Shown one piece after another: positions 63,926-64,000 of a stretch of 64,000 nt of DNA (position 1 is its first letter; every line of letters begins with the position of its first letter). Source of the stretch: the human T2T-CHM13v2.0 reference genome, Homo sapiens; the NCBI RefSeq assembly GCF_009914755.1, contig NC_060929.1. One strand, 5' to 3'. The notes under the pieces were generated by a model. It saw only the letters and a program-made list of their open reading frames with translations, made no database searches and had not been told where the DNA came from. The position numbers and the translations under genes were made by a program.

Positions 63926-64000
63926 GCACTTACACCATGACATGACTCAGCCTCAAAGAGCTTTTCACGGAATCAGAGATTGTGCTGGAATTGCGAGGGG

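Overview
This is primate genomic DNA, most likely human: it carries AluY/S/J, L1PA/PB/M, L2, MIR, MaLR/ERVL LTRs and hAT/TcMar DNA transposon fossils, is CpG-depleted and has no CpG island. It is not prokaryotic, so no operons or CRISPR are expected, and none of the listed ORFs is a recognisable protein. A large part of the window is old interspersed repeat, often nested with target-site duplications (TSDs) still readable. Several TE-free, AT-rich, homeobox/SOX/MEIS-motif-rich blocks look like developmental enhancers. Repeat orientation (10 of 12 Alus and many L1/LTR copies on +) suggests large intron(s) of a minus-strand gene that I cannot name. The best leads are: candidate minus-strand cassette exons (32366-32433; and 25111-25171, with stops in all frames or an alternative 6-nt microexon), a plus-strand two-exon unit with a Kozak-initiated 56-codon ORF (13759-14126), an unassigned polyadenylated retro-insert (~50046-50430), and several small duplication or template-switch scars. 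I found no support for a novel multi-gene system. Repeat subfamily names come from recalled consensus sequences, and the boundaries of old elements are approximate.
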